Source: Guillardia theta CCMP2712
Lineage: Eukaryota > Protista > Cryptophyta
Length of the DNA stretch: 64,000 bases
Assembly (NCBI RefSeq): GCF_000315625.1
Contig: NW_005434666.1
Location: 1,011,806 to 1,075,805, forward strand
Reading direction: 5' to 3'
Part shown: in pieces, positions 37,401 to 49,497 of the stretch
Numbering within the stretch: the first letter of the stretch is position 1
Layout: each line of letters begins with the position of its first letter
Program-made: the position numbers and the translations under genes
Notes under the pieces: generated by a model
The model's database searches: none
Seen by the model: the letters and a program-made list of their open reading frames with translations, nothing else
Told to the model about the DNA's origin: nothing

Positions 37401-37646
37401 ACGCGGATCTCTTCAACTGCGACGTGAGCATGTCGGTACCTGCAGCTGGAGGGTGACGGTCTGGCAGGCGTGGGAGACCAAGTCAAAGGAAGTCAAGAAC
37501 ATGATATCTCAGCTGCTCGAGCCTGACATGCAGAAGCGTCTCACTGTCGAGGTTCGGCTGCCGCTGCTCCTTCCCCTCCCCACTCACCCTTTGTGCCTCA
37601 GGCGGCTCGCAAGCACAGATGGATGAGGGAGGAGGAGAAGGGGTAG
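34432..37646 (+). CDS. FHA-domain Ser/Thr kinase (Chk2/Cds1/Rad53-like, CAMK group)
   Basis: FHA motifs: WGRLVS, KFGRNSAC, RISNLHF, DYSTNGLFVNG, LKDGDML. Kinase motifs: IGEGAYAKV, VAVK, GGDLFEYL, VVHRDLKPENILL, ISDFGLAK, CGTPKYMAPE, ADLWGLGVILY, KRLT. TAG at 37644-37646. Confidence 0.9.
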
Positions 37647-37707
37647 GGCCTGATGGGCGAGGGAGGAGGAGGAGGAGTGGTGACGGGATAATCTACACCT
37701 TTTACTC

Positions 37708-39965
37708 TCATCTGAATAGACTCAGCGGGACACTCTCAATATCCTTGATCCACTTCCCTTCCGTCTCCCCCAGCAACCCCGCATTGCTACCCTCACCCTT
37801 CGACCCCGACGCCTCCTGGACTGCAGCTGGGGCTTTCACAGCTGCATCCTTGACGGCCGAGGCCACTACCGGCGACTTCGCCGTGAGCTGTGGAGCTACC
37901 TTGAGGTGCTCCCCGACAGCTTGTTTGACAACCTGCGGCTTTGACTTGTGCTTGTCAACCCCGAGAGACTTCTCCGCGAACTTCCACTCGTCAGCAACCC
38001 GGGACGCGGCGGCTTCATGCGCGTGCGGACGATCCTGCAGCAGGCGGTGAGATGACACCGGCTGTTCGGGCGAGCAAGCGAGTCGGAGTACCTTGATGCT
38101 GCGCTGCTTGTCAAGTTCTTGCTGGAGTGCATCCAGAGACTTGTCGGATCGATGATGGCGCACACTCTTCTTCATGTCTGCCCTTGCAATCTGATCGAAG
38201 AAAGCTGGGAAACGGCTCAGTCGACGAGGAGACAGAGAAGAAACAAGGTGTCACCATCATCTCTCTCCCGGTCATGCCGGTCGGAAGCATCCACATCCAC
38301 GTTGGGCTGAGACGATAGCAAGTCAGCGAAGGACTGGCTGAGTCAACGCGTTCGGCTCCTCACCCGAGGCTTCATCCCACGCTGCTCCATCTCTCTCTGT
38401 CGGATCAAATCCTCTCGGTGTTTCAGCGAGTCGAGTCTCTTGAGCGAGTCAAAGAAGTTGGAGATGTCTTCCTTCTGCTCCGTCGAGCTCTCCGAGCTCC
38501 TTGCTTGCATGTCATCACGCAGGGACTGCTGGGTCGCTACTGGAGGGTCCACCCTGACCGGTCGCTCTGCCTGCACCTCATCGACTTGGCGCGCTGACTT
38601 GGCTGGAGAGTGAACATGGGGCGACGGCAAGAGGCGAGAGGCAGTGTGCCGAGTGACCAGAGGCTGGCCTCTGCTGGAGTGGAGGGAGACACGAGCCTGC
38701 AGGTTTCTTGCGAGGACGTTCTGCCTGTTCAGTTGAGATCCATAGGAAGATGACTCGGAGTCAGAGAAGAAGCCCTGCTGCGTGTCAAACAAACCGTCAG
38801 AACGATGGAGAAAGACGGGTATCAACCATTACATGATCGTCTACAATCATCCCGTTGTCGTGAAGAGCAGCAGCCTTGGGGTCCACATCTCGCTTCGTCG
38901 AGGAGCCAAACAGAAGGTGTCCGAACAAACCAGCATTGGGGGCCTTCTCGAGAGCAGAGGATCGATCTTTGAACAACCCGTCTTTGCTGCTGACCATCAT
39001 CTCATTGTCGAGCTTGTGACGTTTCAGTTCATCTGCCAAATCCTCCTTCCTTTGCTGTTCCCGTGCTCTCCTCTGTTGGATGGGAGTACCGAAGAGAAGA
39101 TTGTTGTACAGTCCCTCTACAGGGAAGCTTCCTTTGGCTGCTCGAGAAACGAACGCTTGACCCCGGTCGGGCCTCGGGCTCGGGTCGATCTCACTCAGGT
39201 GGTTGCTTACTTTGATTCCGGCATCTCGCAGACTCTCCTGGCGTTCTTGACGCAGAGGCAGTGGGTTGCCGTTCTGGTCGAAGTGAGGCTCGCCGAAGGC
39301 TGATGAGTGATAGGCTCCAACATGGCCAGCCTGATGAGCCAAAGATTTGGTTCCAAACATGTTCCTGACCAGCCCCTGATTGTTTCATCACCAGCACTGC
39401 ACGAAACATAGAGGTAGCATACCAGCATGGAGGAGCCAAGCTCGCCATGGTCCAATCGATCCAAGATTTCCTTCTTCTGGTTGGTCCTCAAGGCATGCCC
39501 GTGTCCACTCCGCATGGCCAGCTCCTGCTCCAAACCAAGGCTCTTCCCATCAACCTGATCGAACACAGGTAAGGATTTCCTAAGAGTTTGAAGGGAGAGG
39601 AGGCGATTACCTCTTTGAGAGCTCTTCCATACTTGTCGACGCCCAGATACTTCTGAGCCTCTTCTGAAAGATATCTTGTGCCGAGGCCGTTCTCATACCT
39701 TGCGTTCTGAACAGCCGACACTTCCTGACTAACGTGCTTGGCATGTTTGTCAAGAGTGTTCCAGTAAGACTGCAGCGCCTGCGATCTCATGTCAAAGACT
39801 TGATTCGATCACTCCCTCACGTGGCTAGTGAGGCTCAATTCTCACAATCTCCGACTTGATGTCCTTCAGGACATCTGATTTGTTGAGAAGCATCGAAGGT
39901 TTTCTTCCCAATGAAACCACCAGAAGGACTGCCACGATCACAGAGGCCAACGCAGCCTGCTGCAT
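37708..39965 (-). CDS. Hypothetical protein with an N-terminal signal peptide or anchor
   Basis: Begins MQQAALASVIVAVLLVVSLGRKPS.., followed by several long GC3-rich exons (ORFs 39488-39790, 38797-39360, 38343-38825, 37708-38175). No family recognised. Confidence 0.6.
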
Positions 39966-40693
39966 GGCACGGAGCTTGGTATCCCCTGCATATCTCTCAG
40001 ATGAGCCAGTCTCCACCCCAGTACATCTAATAGATGTAAATGCCAATCTATCAAGCATCGATCCTGACTTTACCGCCTTTTCCAATCCCAACTACATCGA
40101 TGCTTCATCTTTCCTTCTTTCCCTCTCCCCATTCTCTTCTGTTATCTCCCCTTTTGTCATCGCCCTTTTTCTCCTCCTGCCTCCTATCCTCTCCTCACTC
40201 CTCCTCTCCTCTCCTCTCCTCTCCTCTACCCTTCTCTACCCTCCTCTCTTGTCTACATCGGCATCGATCTCTTCCTCTCACTCTCTTCGCAGCACTTCGG
40301 CACTTCGGCATTGCTTACCTGCCATGGCAACGCGACTGTTCAGCTTTGGGTCCCACCGACCCTACCAGGAATAAAATGAAGTACCCCTAGTAAATCCATC
40401 AAGTACCCCCATCTCATCATGTGGTACCCCCACCCCCTAATGATTCAGAACAATTTTGGTCCTCGTCCCCTCTCTTACCCGATCGGTCCACCGGCGGCGC
40501 AACGGCCATGGCAAGGGAGGCGAAGGAGGGGAGGAGGAGGAGAGAGAAGTCGGAGCGAGGACGTCAAGACAAGTGATGACGAGGTGGAAGAATCGTCACG
40601 TCCAACAGGAAGAGCCTGGCAAGGGATAGCGAGGAGCCTCTGATTGAAATCAGTCGTTGGCTGTGATAGTGCTTGCCGGGCGGTTCCAGCACC

Positions 40694-43675
40694 ATGAACG
40701 ATGAAGGAATTGAGTATGGGACCCTTGAGGTCTCCCACTACAAGATGTCCAAGAAAATAGCTCAGCTCACTCGAGTGATAAGCATGCTCGTCAACAAGAA
40801 CGAGGAGCAGGAGTATGAGAAGCAGTACCTCAGCGAAGCGTTCGAGATCGAGATTGGCAGAGTAGTCGACGAAGCCAACACTCTCCTCAACGAGGCTCGC
40901 GCAGCCGCTGGTCCAGACGGCTCCAAGATGGAGGCAACAGACATGATACGTGCTCTCAGCAAGCAGCACGAGACAGAGAAGAAGAATGCCTACCATGAGT
41001 TCACAGATTACAAGATGAGGGTGAAGGAGCGAGAGAAGATGTTGGTGGAGCAGTTTGAGAGAAAAGTCGACAGCATGACGAGAGAGCTGACTGACTTGAG
41101 GGAGCAGTTTGAGCACAACACTCGTGCGTTTGCAGAGACGATGCAACTGATGCAGGCGGAGAAAGGGGAGGATGTTGAGAGGCTAAAAATGGATCATGAC
41201 AATCAGATCGCGGATCTGATCAACAAGAGCACCAAGAGGCTCAACGAGACGCTGGCAGAGAAAGCTCGCAGCGAAGAAGAGCTGCGCTCTCAGCTCAAGG
41301 CTGAGTTCGAGCAAGCTCTCGAGCAAACTCAGAAATCGGCCGAGGACAGGGTGAGGTACATCAGGCAGGAGGAAGAGATCAAGAACCGAGCGAACATGGA
41401 GAGCATTCGACGAGAGCTAGGAGCTGAGATCGACCGATACAGGCTGGCAGAGGCCTCTCTGCGACATACGGTCTCCGAGCTGCAACAGAGATGCGCCGAC
41501 TACGAGCTGACCCTCGCAAGACGGGAGAAGGAGCTGCACGACCTGGAGCAGAGGAAGGCGGAGGAGGCTGACATGGAGTATCAGAAGTCGCGGCAGATGA
41601 TAGATCGCCTCGAGCGCGAGATCGCTCGTATGGATGACTCGCACAAGAAGGAGCTGGAAGACACCAGGTAGCCGACCAGGTCCCAAAGTTGAACCGATCC
41701 CTAACTGTGCCTGCAGTTTGCGCCTGCTGGAGCAAGCGAATGAACGAGTGAGGGACGTGGAAACAAAGTACATTTCCCAGCTCAATGAGGCTACTCGTAC
41801 AGCAGAGGATCGCCTGGAGAAACAAGAGAAGCTGATCAAGACTCAAATGAACGATCTCTTCCTCAAGTTGCAGAACGACTTCGCTGAACAGTCGAAGAAT
41901 GCGGCACAGCTGATGCAGGACAAGGAGGACGAATGGAGGGTATGTTACATGCTGATCTCCAACCAGACATAACACTGTTGCTCCAGGCGCGAGAGACGGA
42001 TCTCAAGGATCAGATTGAAGCCCTCGACCGCAGGAACCGAGCAGAGAAGCAAGAGTTGGAGAAAGAGTTCAACGCCAAACTGAAAGAGACGCTTGTGAAC
42101 CTTCGTGCAACAGAAGCTGAAGGCCAGAGGATTGCAGTGGAACGAGATCAACTCAGAATGCAAAACGAGAGCCTGAGCGCAACTCTGCATGAAACGAAAC
42201 GAAGCTTTCTGCGTGAACAGGAGTCTAAGGCAAAAGAGTTTGATGAGAAAGATCGGTCGAGACAAACTCATATCGAAGAGCTGGAGAAGAATTTGAAGGT
42301 TAAGAACATCGGAATATTGTTGGATAGCTGACCTGTTTTGACTTGAAGGTTCTTTACGCCTCGGATGAAAAAGCAAGAGAGCTTGAGCACTACAACAAAG
42401 TGATGCAAAACAGACTCAACGACCTCGAGGCAACGCATGAAGAGGAAAAAGCCAAGGTCTGACTGTACAGATGACTCGTCTTATCGTCTTCTGATGCAAG
42501 TGCTGCAGCTGATTGAGAGACACTCCAAGGAGATGCTGAAACTGAAAGGCGAACTAGAACGACAGAAGCAACTGGCAGAGCAGCAAGAGAATGCTCTGAA
42601 TGAAAAGCACAGGTTTCAATCAGTGACGTGGTGCGAGACGGTCTTGTTCACTTTCATCTTGTAGAGTGGAGGCAGAAGCTTATGAAGTAGAACAAAAGGA
42701 ATTGAACAACGCGCTCATTCAGAAATATGAGACACTGTTGCTGCGAAAAGAACAAGAGGCTGAGCTGAAACGTCAGGTGATGTTTTGAATTACTCTGCTA
42801 TGGTTTGAATATTAGCATTCAACCTGACACGCATGTTAGAATGACATTCGAAGTATCATCGAAGAAAATCAGCGTCAGCAGGAAGTTACAAGAAAACAGT
42901 GGATGGAAGAGAGAGAGGAGGCGCTGCGACAAGCCAAGGCTGATTACAACCTGAAGGTTGCCTGTGCGACGAATCGCGAAACCAGAATTCTGATCGTTTT
43001 TCTCCCAGTCTGGCGAGATGCAGAAGGAGTTGATATCATTGCAAGGACAAGTGAAGTTGAAAGAGCAGGAGAGCGAGCAGAGGAGACAAGAAGCAGTCAA
43101 GATCTCACAGAACGTGGAGAGGCTGAAGATAGAATTCCTGAAGCAGATGCAAGCTGATCAAGAGAAGATGAAGAGCGAGGTAGAATCGCTCAAGCGCAAG
43201 CATGTAGAAGAAGAGCAATCCATCAAGGATCGGTCTGAGAAGGTTCTTCGCGCTGCCCAACAAGAGGTGCTTGCCCAATGAGCATGATGGTCTTCACTGA
43301 CCCTGCTGCAGTTTGAAACCGCCAACAACGCTATGATAGAGCGAATCAAAGACCTCGAATACAAACTTGTTACCCGGGAATCTCGTCCGGAAGACAGAGA
43401 GAAGATTGTCCAGGTACCCTTGGCTGCTGCTTGTGTGACGATACATTCATGATCTATGTGGAACAGCTTGAGAAGGAGGTGGCTGAGAAGGAATATCTGT
43501 GCAAGAGGATAATGGAGGAGATGAAATACTTCAAGGTGGCTGTCTTTCTTCATGCTGTTCTCAGTTCTCACCTCGATCTCTCTTTTAGATGGAACTGCAG
43601 AACAGAGAGACATCGGAAACAACAGATGCTGTAAAACCAACGAAGCAACAACAGAGAGGAGCAAACAAGAGATAG
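40694..43675 (+). CDS. FAM184-family coiled-coil protein
   Basis: N-terminal KMSKKIAQLTRVISMLVNKNEEQE..EAFEIEI and C-terminal RESRPEDREKIVQLEKEVAEKE..IMEEMKYFKMELQNRE resemble the conserved ends of FAM184A/B. The middle is a long coiled coil. TAG at 43673-43675. Confidence 0.85.
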
Positions 43676-44754
43676 CTAAAGACAAGTTGCTTGCAGCATG
43701 AAAAAGCTCCTCAACCATTCGCCTCTCCTTACCGAATGCCGTGAGCCACATGATGACTCCGATGATAGCCCACCGCCGTCACTGCATCGGGGATCCTTTA
43801 CTCAAAGTCGGGCACTCCGTCAACCACTGAGTCGGAGTCGGAGGCGAATAGTGTAGTAGTCCCTTTACTCAGTAGTCTAACATGTACTCAAAGTTAACTT
43901 AAAAATCAGTACGAGGACAATCAGGAGAGTCGAGGAGGCTTGACCCTGACACTGTCGCACAGGCCAAACGGCGAGAAGAGAAAAGACAGCGAGAACCAAA
44001 CCTAATCCTGCCGACTGCTGTCCCCCAAACTTAACTGACCGCGATGATGGCAGGCGGCAGCGTAGGACAGGGAGGCCTTGAGCTGACGAAAGATCCTGGA
44101 CCGGATGCGTTTGCAAGTCGGATCGTCCTGCAAGAGGCCATCAGTGCTGGCGATGATGGGAAGAAAGGCCTTTGGCGGAACGTGCTGAGCATATGCAATA
44201 CGATGCCCTCGGATCTTCCGCTGTGCTGCTCAGCGGCTTGCAGAACATGTGACATGCTGAAGTCCAGGATTAAGACTCAGTAGTAGTAGTAGTAGTAGGT
44301 GTAGACTAGTATCTCATAGTCAAGTTACTCTTAAGGTATCCTCACGGCCCCAAGGCGAGTCGCCGCCGCCCGGCCCGGGGCAAGGACCAGATCTGCCTCA
44401 GAGCTAGCAAATAGAAAGAAACAAAGACAGTTGAGCAGCATTAGAGAGTTTTAGGAGCCAACTCCGTGTGGGTAGTGTGAAGCTCGACATGTGGCGCGTG
44501 TGGGATGGGGAAGGCAAAGAGCGGGAGAGGGAGAGGAAGAGAGGGAGAGAGAAGGAGGTAGATGCATAGAGATCTAGATTGAGGTTGTACTTCTGAATTG
44601 CTCCTGCCACTGTTGTTTGATGATTCCACACGTGAAGAACATGAGGGTTGGAAAAACATGCATGGCTATAGGGAATGCGAGTGCAAGTGGAGTGGTTAGG
44701 AGAGTTGAACGCTGTTCGGTCGGGCTGGAGGAGGAGAACATCTTTTGTGTAAGC

Positions 44755-47681
44755 ATGAAGAGATGCACATACGTATTCTCGCCCACTGCCATGATTTCAT
44801 GGATTGCTAAGACCTCGGTAAGACGATCAAGCGGTCGCATTGCATTCTCCCGCATGCCCTGCAGGACCATGCACGCAAATGCAGAAGCGTCAACGAACTC
44901 GGCGGTAGGATTGCAAGAGAGGAGCAACGAAGCTCGCAAGGGCGTGCTGGTGCTGTGGGACTTGTACTCGAAGCCTCCCACTCACGGTGACGTCAGCGTG
45001 TGCGTTGAGCGTCTGCGGAGGGTTGCAGCCTCCCTGGGGAACCTCAAGAGCATCAAAGTGTTCGGACGTCCAGCGAAGGAGGGAGGAGCTCTTGGAACAG
45101 GATCGATCACTCCATACTTCTCTGCTCAGCTACGTCATGGCAGGAGAACAGTGCACCCGAATCTCCACAAGGACAATGACAAGGTTGCACACTGGACAGG
45201 AGATCGATGGGTGATCCTCCCCGTCCTTGAGCAGCTGAATGCAATCCCCTCCGCAGTCATTGAGCAGGGAGAGAAAGGAGAGGCTCTTCACCTCAGCCAT
45301 GAGGATGTTGTAGGGGAGGAAGAGCGCTGGTGCAAGGTTTGTGAGACCCTGGTCTGCGTCCCCTGCTGGCCCGGATGCACAAGGCTGGCCAGCAAACTTC
45401 GAGAGGTGCAGACAGAAAGAAGTCGATGGCAGATTTCAAGGATCCGACACAGACAAGATATCCACGAATGGTTCAAGAACAAACATGATTTCTTCCACAA
45501 GAGAAAGACAAAATCTTTCCGGCCGAAGTACTTTGTTGACACTGTGGAGCGACTAAACAGTTTGGGTGAGACGAGGATCAGAAAGTTTACATCGGATGTC
45601 TGACTGTTGCGTGTAAGGTGTGGAGTACGTTGAGATAGATTGGAAGGAGAAGGAAACAGCGGACGGATTGCTCAAGAAGTACCTAGCCTGGTCAATTCAC
45701 ACTGTTCTGGGCGACGCAGAACCTCAGCAAAACGATCCAGCCTTGACCAAGTGGCTCTCGACCCTTTCAGATGACGTGCAGGTCCTCAGCGATGTTGAGA
45801 CCATTGTTGTCGTCACTGACGGAAATCATCGAGAGAGGTCGTTTCTCAAGCGATGGTACGACCGCACGACTGCGGCGAAGAAGTGAATGTGTTCCATGGC
45901 AGGAATGAGCTTGAGGTACCGGAAGCAGATTCCCACGAGAAGCTGCAGGAGATTCGAATGGACGCTGCACGGCTGCGACGTGAAATCAGACACACTAGAC
46001 AAAAGAAGCAAAGGTCTTGTTCCTCCTCCCAGCCACTCCCCTGACTCTGCGAAACCTACCTAGGAATCTGTACTTGAAAGAGGCAGAACTGTTAGAGTGC
46101 ACAGCATTGGGAATCCAGTGGGCAGCGTCATATGTCGAGGCATCCTCGAGCAGCGGCAAGAAGCTGCGGCTGATCGTGAGTTTGATACGAGGGGAGATCA
46201 ATGAGTGAAGACTGACTCTCTCTCTGTCTCTCTCTCTGTCGCTCTGTCGCTCTCTCTCTTTCTCGCGCTCTCTCTCTCTCTTCAGGTCATCAGTGACGAC
46301 TCTGTTGTGCGCGGCATATCAGACAGCCCCGTCTCTTGGAGCTGGTTGTGCAATGCTCCTGATGAGCTCTTTGCTGCTTCCTTGACCGAGGGCGTGATGG
46401 AGCCATCGAGATGGCAAGAAGGATTCAAGAGACTTGTCTCCCCGCCATCACAGCTCGGCGACTCTCGCGATCCTCAGGCTTCTATAGGCTCCGTAAACGG
46501 CCTCCCCTCCTTCTGGGAGCATCTCGGAGACCTCGAATGGGTCATCTACACTGCACTTTCCTGCCCTGACGACAGTCGGCATACTTTGTTGGATCTTTGC
46601 CTGAGGAGGCTGGAGGAGTATGGAAAGTCTGGCGACCAGTGGAGGCTCAGGGTGAATCTGATCGAGTGTGTGGCCTTGCTGGGAGCTTCTGCCCCGTCCC
46701 CGAGGGTCTTTGGCGTCCTCAGTCAACTCTTGAAGGAGGACAAAGAGCCGTTCGTCCGAAGAGCGTGCGTGGAGGCCATGTCGGCGGTGATTGATGCTCA
46801 CGAGTAGATGAGCTTTCACTGACTCCTACTCGTTGGTTGCGCAGATCGGGCTGCACAAACTTGAAGGGTCTGTCGATGTTGTCTGTCATGCGCTACATGC
46901 TGATCCCTCTGACACTGTGAGCCTCTTCTGCTTTCCCTCCTTATGGTTTTGAGACTAGCTCACAATGGCGTTCAGGTGAGGTGGGCGTGTGCTCGGTGTC
47001 TGCAGTCCATCGAATTGAGAGTGCATGAAATCGTGAAGGACATGAGGAAGAAGGAGAAGGACAACAGCAACGAGGGGTTGTTGTTCTTGCGGGCATTCGA
47101 GATGATGCGCTCAGAGTTGTGGGGGATCTTCTTCAAGTTATCGCCCTCCTGATCGGAGCGATTCAACATGATCCCGATGCTCGCGTTCGATGTTCTGCAC
47201 TAGAGGTGCGGAAAAACTTTTCTTGCCTTCCGTGCACCTCTCGTGTGCTGCTGCCTTGTGACTTGTTGCCACCAACAGGCCCTGGTGTTTATAACACCAG
47301 AGATTGAGTACAGGCTGCGGCAAGAGGAAAGCGAGGAGCGGATGCAAGAGCTTCAAGAACAACTGCTTTCTGTGTACAGCTTGCTTCAGGCCAAACTCTC
47401 GGATCAAGACATGAGAGTAAGAAACAAAGCAAGAGAGGTGAGAATCAATTTGTTGTCTCACTCGGGTCGTTGACTTCCCTCTTCTCCTCACAGTGTTTGA
47501 AATATTCGTGGATTGCAATCTTGAAACATCGGACAAGCTGGAAGTCGAACGAGGACGGAGAGATCGAGATGTGCGACTTGGAGCCTGGCAGCTTCCAATA
47601 AGCCATTCAAAAGTTTGGACGAGACTTGAACTACTACAGGCTTTCTACCGCGTGCTGGCAGACTCCTTGGCGAGTCACTGA
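44755..47681 (+). CDS. NYN/LabA (PIN-like) domain protein with an inserted C2H2-like finger and C-terminal HEAT repeats; possible organellar transit peptide; start uncertain
   Basis: NYN-like motifs: VLVLWDLYSKPP..ERLRRVAASLG..IKVF; LGVEYVEIDWKEKETADGLLKK; IVVVTDG; VISDD. Finger-like segment: WCKVC..HRQDIH. HEAT-like segments: EDKEPFVRRACVEAM, HADPSDTVRWACARCL, HDPDARVRCSALE, SDQDMRVRNKARE. Confidence 0.65.
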
Positions 47682-47880
47682 GTCGCCGCCGCCGCTGCCA
47701 CTCGCGGCCGCCGCCCCCGGACAGCGCGGCCTGCAGGCTGGCATTGGCCCCGACTCCGGGACTCGAACTCAGTGATCGGACAGTGACCACTGAGTCCGGC
47801 CGGGCGATCATCCGGGGCCCCGGGCCCGGCGATCGACGGCGCCGCAGTGCAGTGCCCCCGGCCGGCCGGGCCGCGGCCGG
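47661..47880. promoter_or_regulatory. GC-rich island with CACTGAGTC motifs and an inverted repeat, upstream of the carrier gene
   Basis: ACTCAGTG (47767-47774) and CACTGAGT (47788-47795) form inverted arms. GAGTCGCCGCCGCC is shared with 44357-44370. Confidence 0.4.
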
Positions 47881-48254
47881 AACTTTAGTCACTGAACGTC
47901 ATGGAATATAACGGTAGCCCAAATTTTGTAACGAGAACTTCCCAAATGATTTTGTTACAACTCGTCTGGCGCCTGATCTCTCCTCAAAAATATTTCAAGG
48001 GAAAGATTGAATATTCCTTTGAAAATTGGAACAAATCCCCTGATCAATGCTGAAAATTACATGGTAACTTCTATGTCATTTCAAATTTGACACCATGACT
48101 GGAGGAAAAGAAGAAGGCAGACGAAGAATTCACTCTCCCTTCTCCAACACCCTCTCGCTTTCCTTTCCTTCTCCCCTCTCTTCTTCTCTTACATCCCTGC
48201 TGTAGTTCGCACTCCGTTGATCCCTTACAGCTCTACTCTACTCGTGTTTCAGTC

Positions 48255-49172
48255 ATGGTGTTGTCCAACATGGCGAACAGAAACGCGTCGCTTCCTGGTT
48301 GCTGGTGGAAGACAGCAGAAAAATCCCAGAGGACTCACAAGAGGCACATTCCATCTGATGCCGTTATCGCAATTGCTGGAGGTGCAGGTGGAGCAAGTTA
48401 CGTTGCTTTCTTGCATCCTCTTGAAGCCATCACCAAGCAGAGGAATCTCTTGACTGCAACTTCCAGCAATGGACTTGTGGCTGTGCGGGATGTTGGCAGC
48501 AGTTTGCAGGGTGTGAGTCTTCGCACTCTGTACAGGGGAGTCAAGATGCCGATGTTAGAGAGCATGTACAGCACTGCAAGTCTTCTCGTGATTTATTCAC
48601 ATGTGAGAGATGCCATTCAAATGCACAACGGCGGGATCGAGTTGAGGACGGGAGAAGTTATCCAGGCGGGGGCGATTGCTGGGGGAATCAATGCAGCGCT
48701 ACCAAACCCCTTCAGCATGAACTTTGGAGTCAGGTCTAATGCTCCAGTATCATTTACTTCCATCCTCCATCATGCGTTGCGGACGTGCTGTCACAAGATC
48801 GCATGGAGAACAGCAACGTCCTCGTTCGGAAATGGAACTTTCTTTGGTGTAGCAGGAGTTTCGCGCAAATATTTACAAAACACAGAGACTTTCAATGGGA
48901 AGAGTGCAGTGTTGGCATCTGGTGCTCTTGGAGGTTTGGCATATTCTTTCGTTACTTTCGCTTCAGAAACACTTCAAGCTCATGTTGAACTATCCAAGTC
49001 AAACTCGTTAACTCAAATTGATTCTGATCGAAGACTTCGTCCTCGTTCTGCTGTGGCTCAAGTCTTTGCACGACACATGCATTCGATGATGCCATCGTTG
49101 TTGAAGGGGAGTGCGGGCTGTGCTGTTTTAGCTCTTTCGATCGATAGTGTGCGAACCGCGTTGTCGTTCTAG
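48255..49172 (+). CDS. Divergent mitochondrial carrier (SLC25-like) protein, intronless, 305 aa
   Basis: AIAGGAGGASYVAFLHPLEAITKQ (PxExxxK-like signature) and LYRGVKMP. Three-fold G/A-rich helices (AGAIAGG, SGALGGL). Length is typical for the family. Confidence 0.7.
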   Translation: MVLSNMANRNASLPGCWWKTAEKSQRTHKRHIPSDAVIAIAGGAGGASYVAFLHPLEAITKQRNLLTATSSNGLVAVRDVGSSLQGVSLRTLYRGVKMPMLESMYSTASLLVIYSHVRDAIQMHNGGIELRTGEVIQAGAIAGGINAALPNPFSMNFGVRSNAPVSFTSILHHALRTCCHKIAWRTATSSFGNGTFFGVAGVSRKYLQNTETFNGKSAVLASGALGGLAYSFVTFASETLQAHVELSKSNSLTQIDSDRRLRPRSAVAQVFARHMHSMMPSLLKGSAGCAVLALSIDSVRTALSF

Positions 49173-49497
49173 TATGTATTCTGAATGAAGTAATTCGCCT
49201 GGAAAGAGCGTATTGCAAAAACCTGTCACGCTTAGCGAGTGAGCTGCCCTATTGGTGGCACCGTCACATGTTGACCGCCTGCCGCCATTCGGAAGTTCGG
49301 TTGAAGGGACGCCGCCACCCTGATCGGACCAGGGCCGGCCGGGCCGCTCGGCCACTGGCCCCCAGACTGGCCCCCCGGTAGTACTGGCTTCGGCTGAGTG
49401 CCGGGCAAGTTTGAAAGTATGAGGCTGAAATTTCGAAGTGTCTCCTAGAAGTTCTCAAATTTGGCGAAATCTCCAAGTTTCAGGGGTAGACCGCGGC

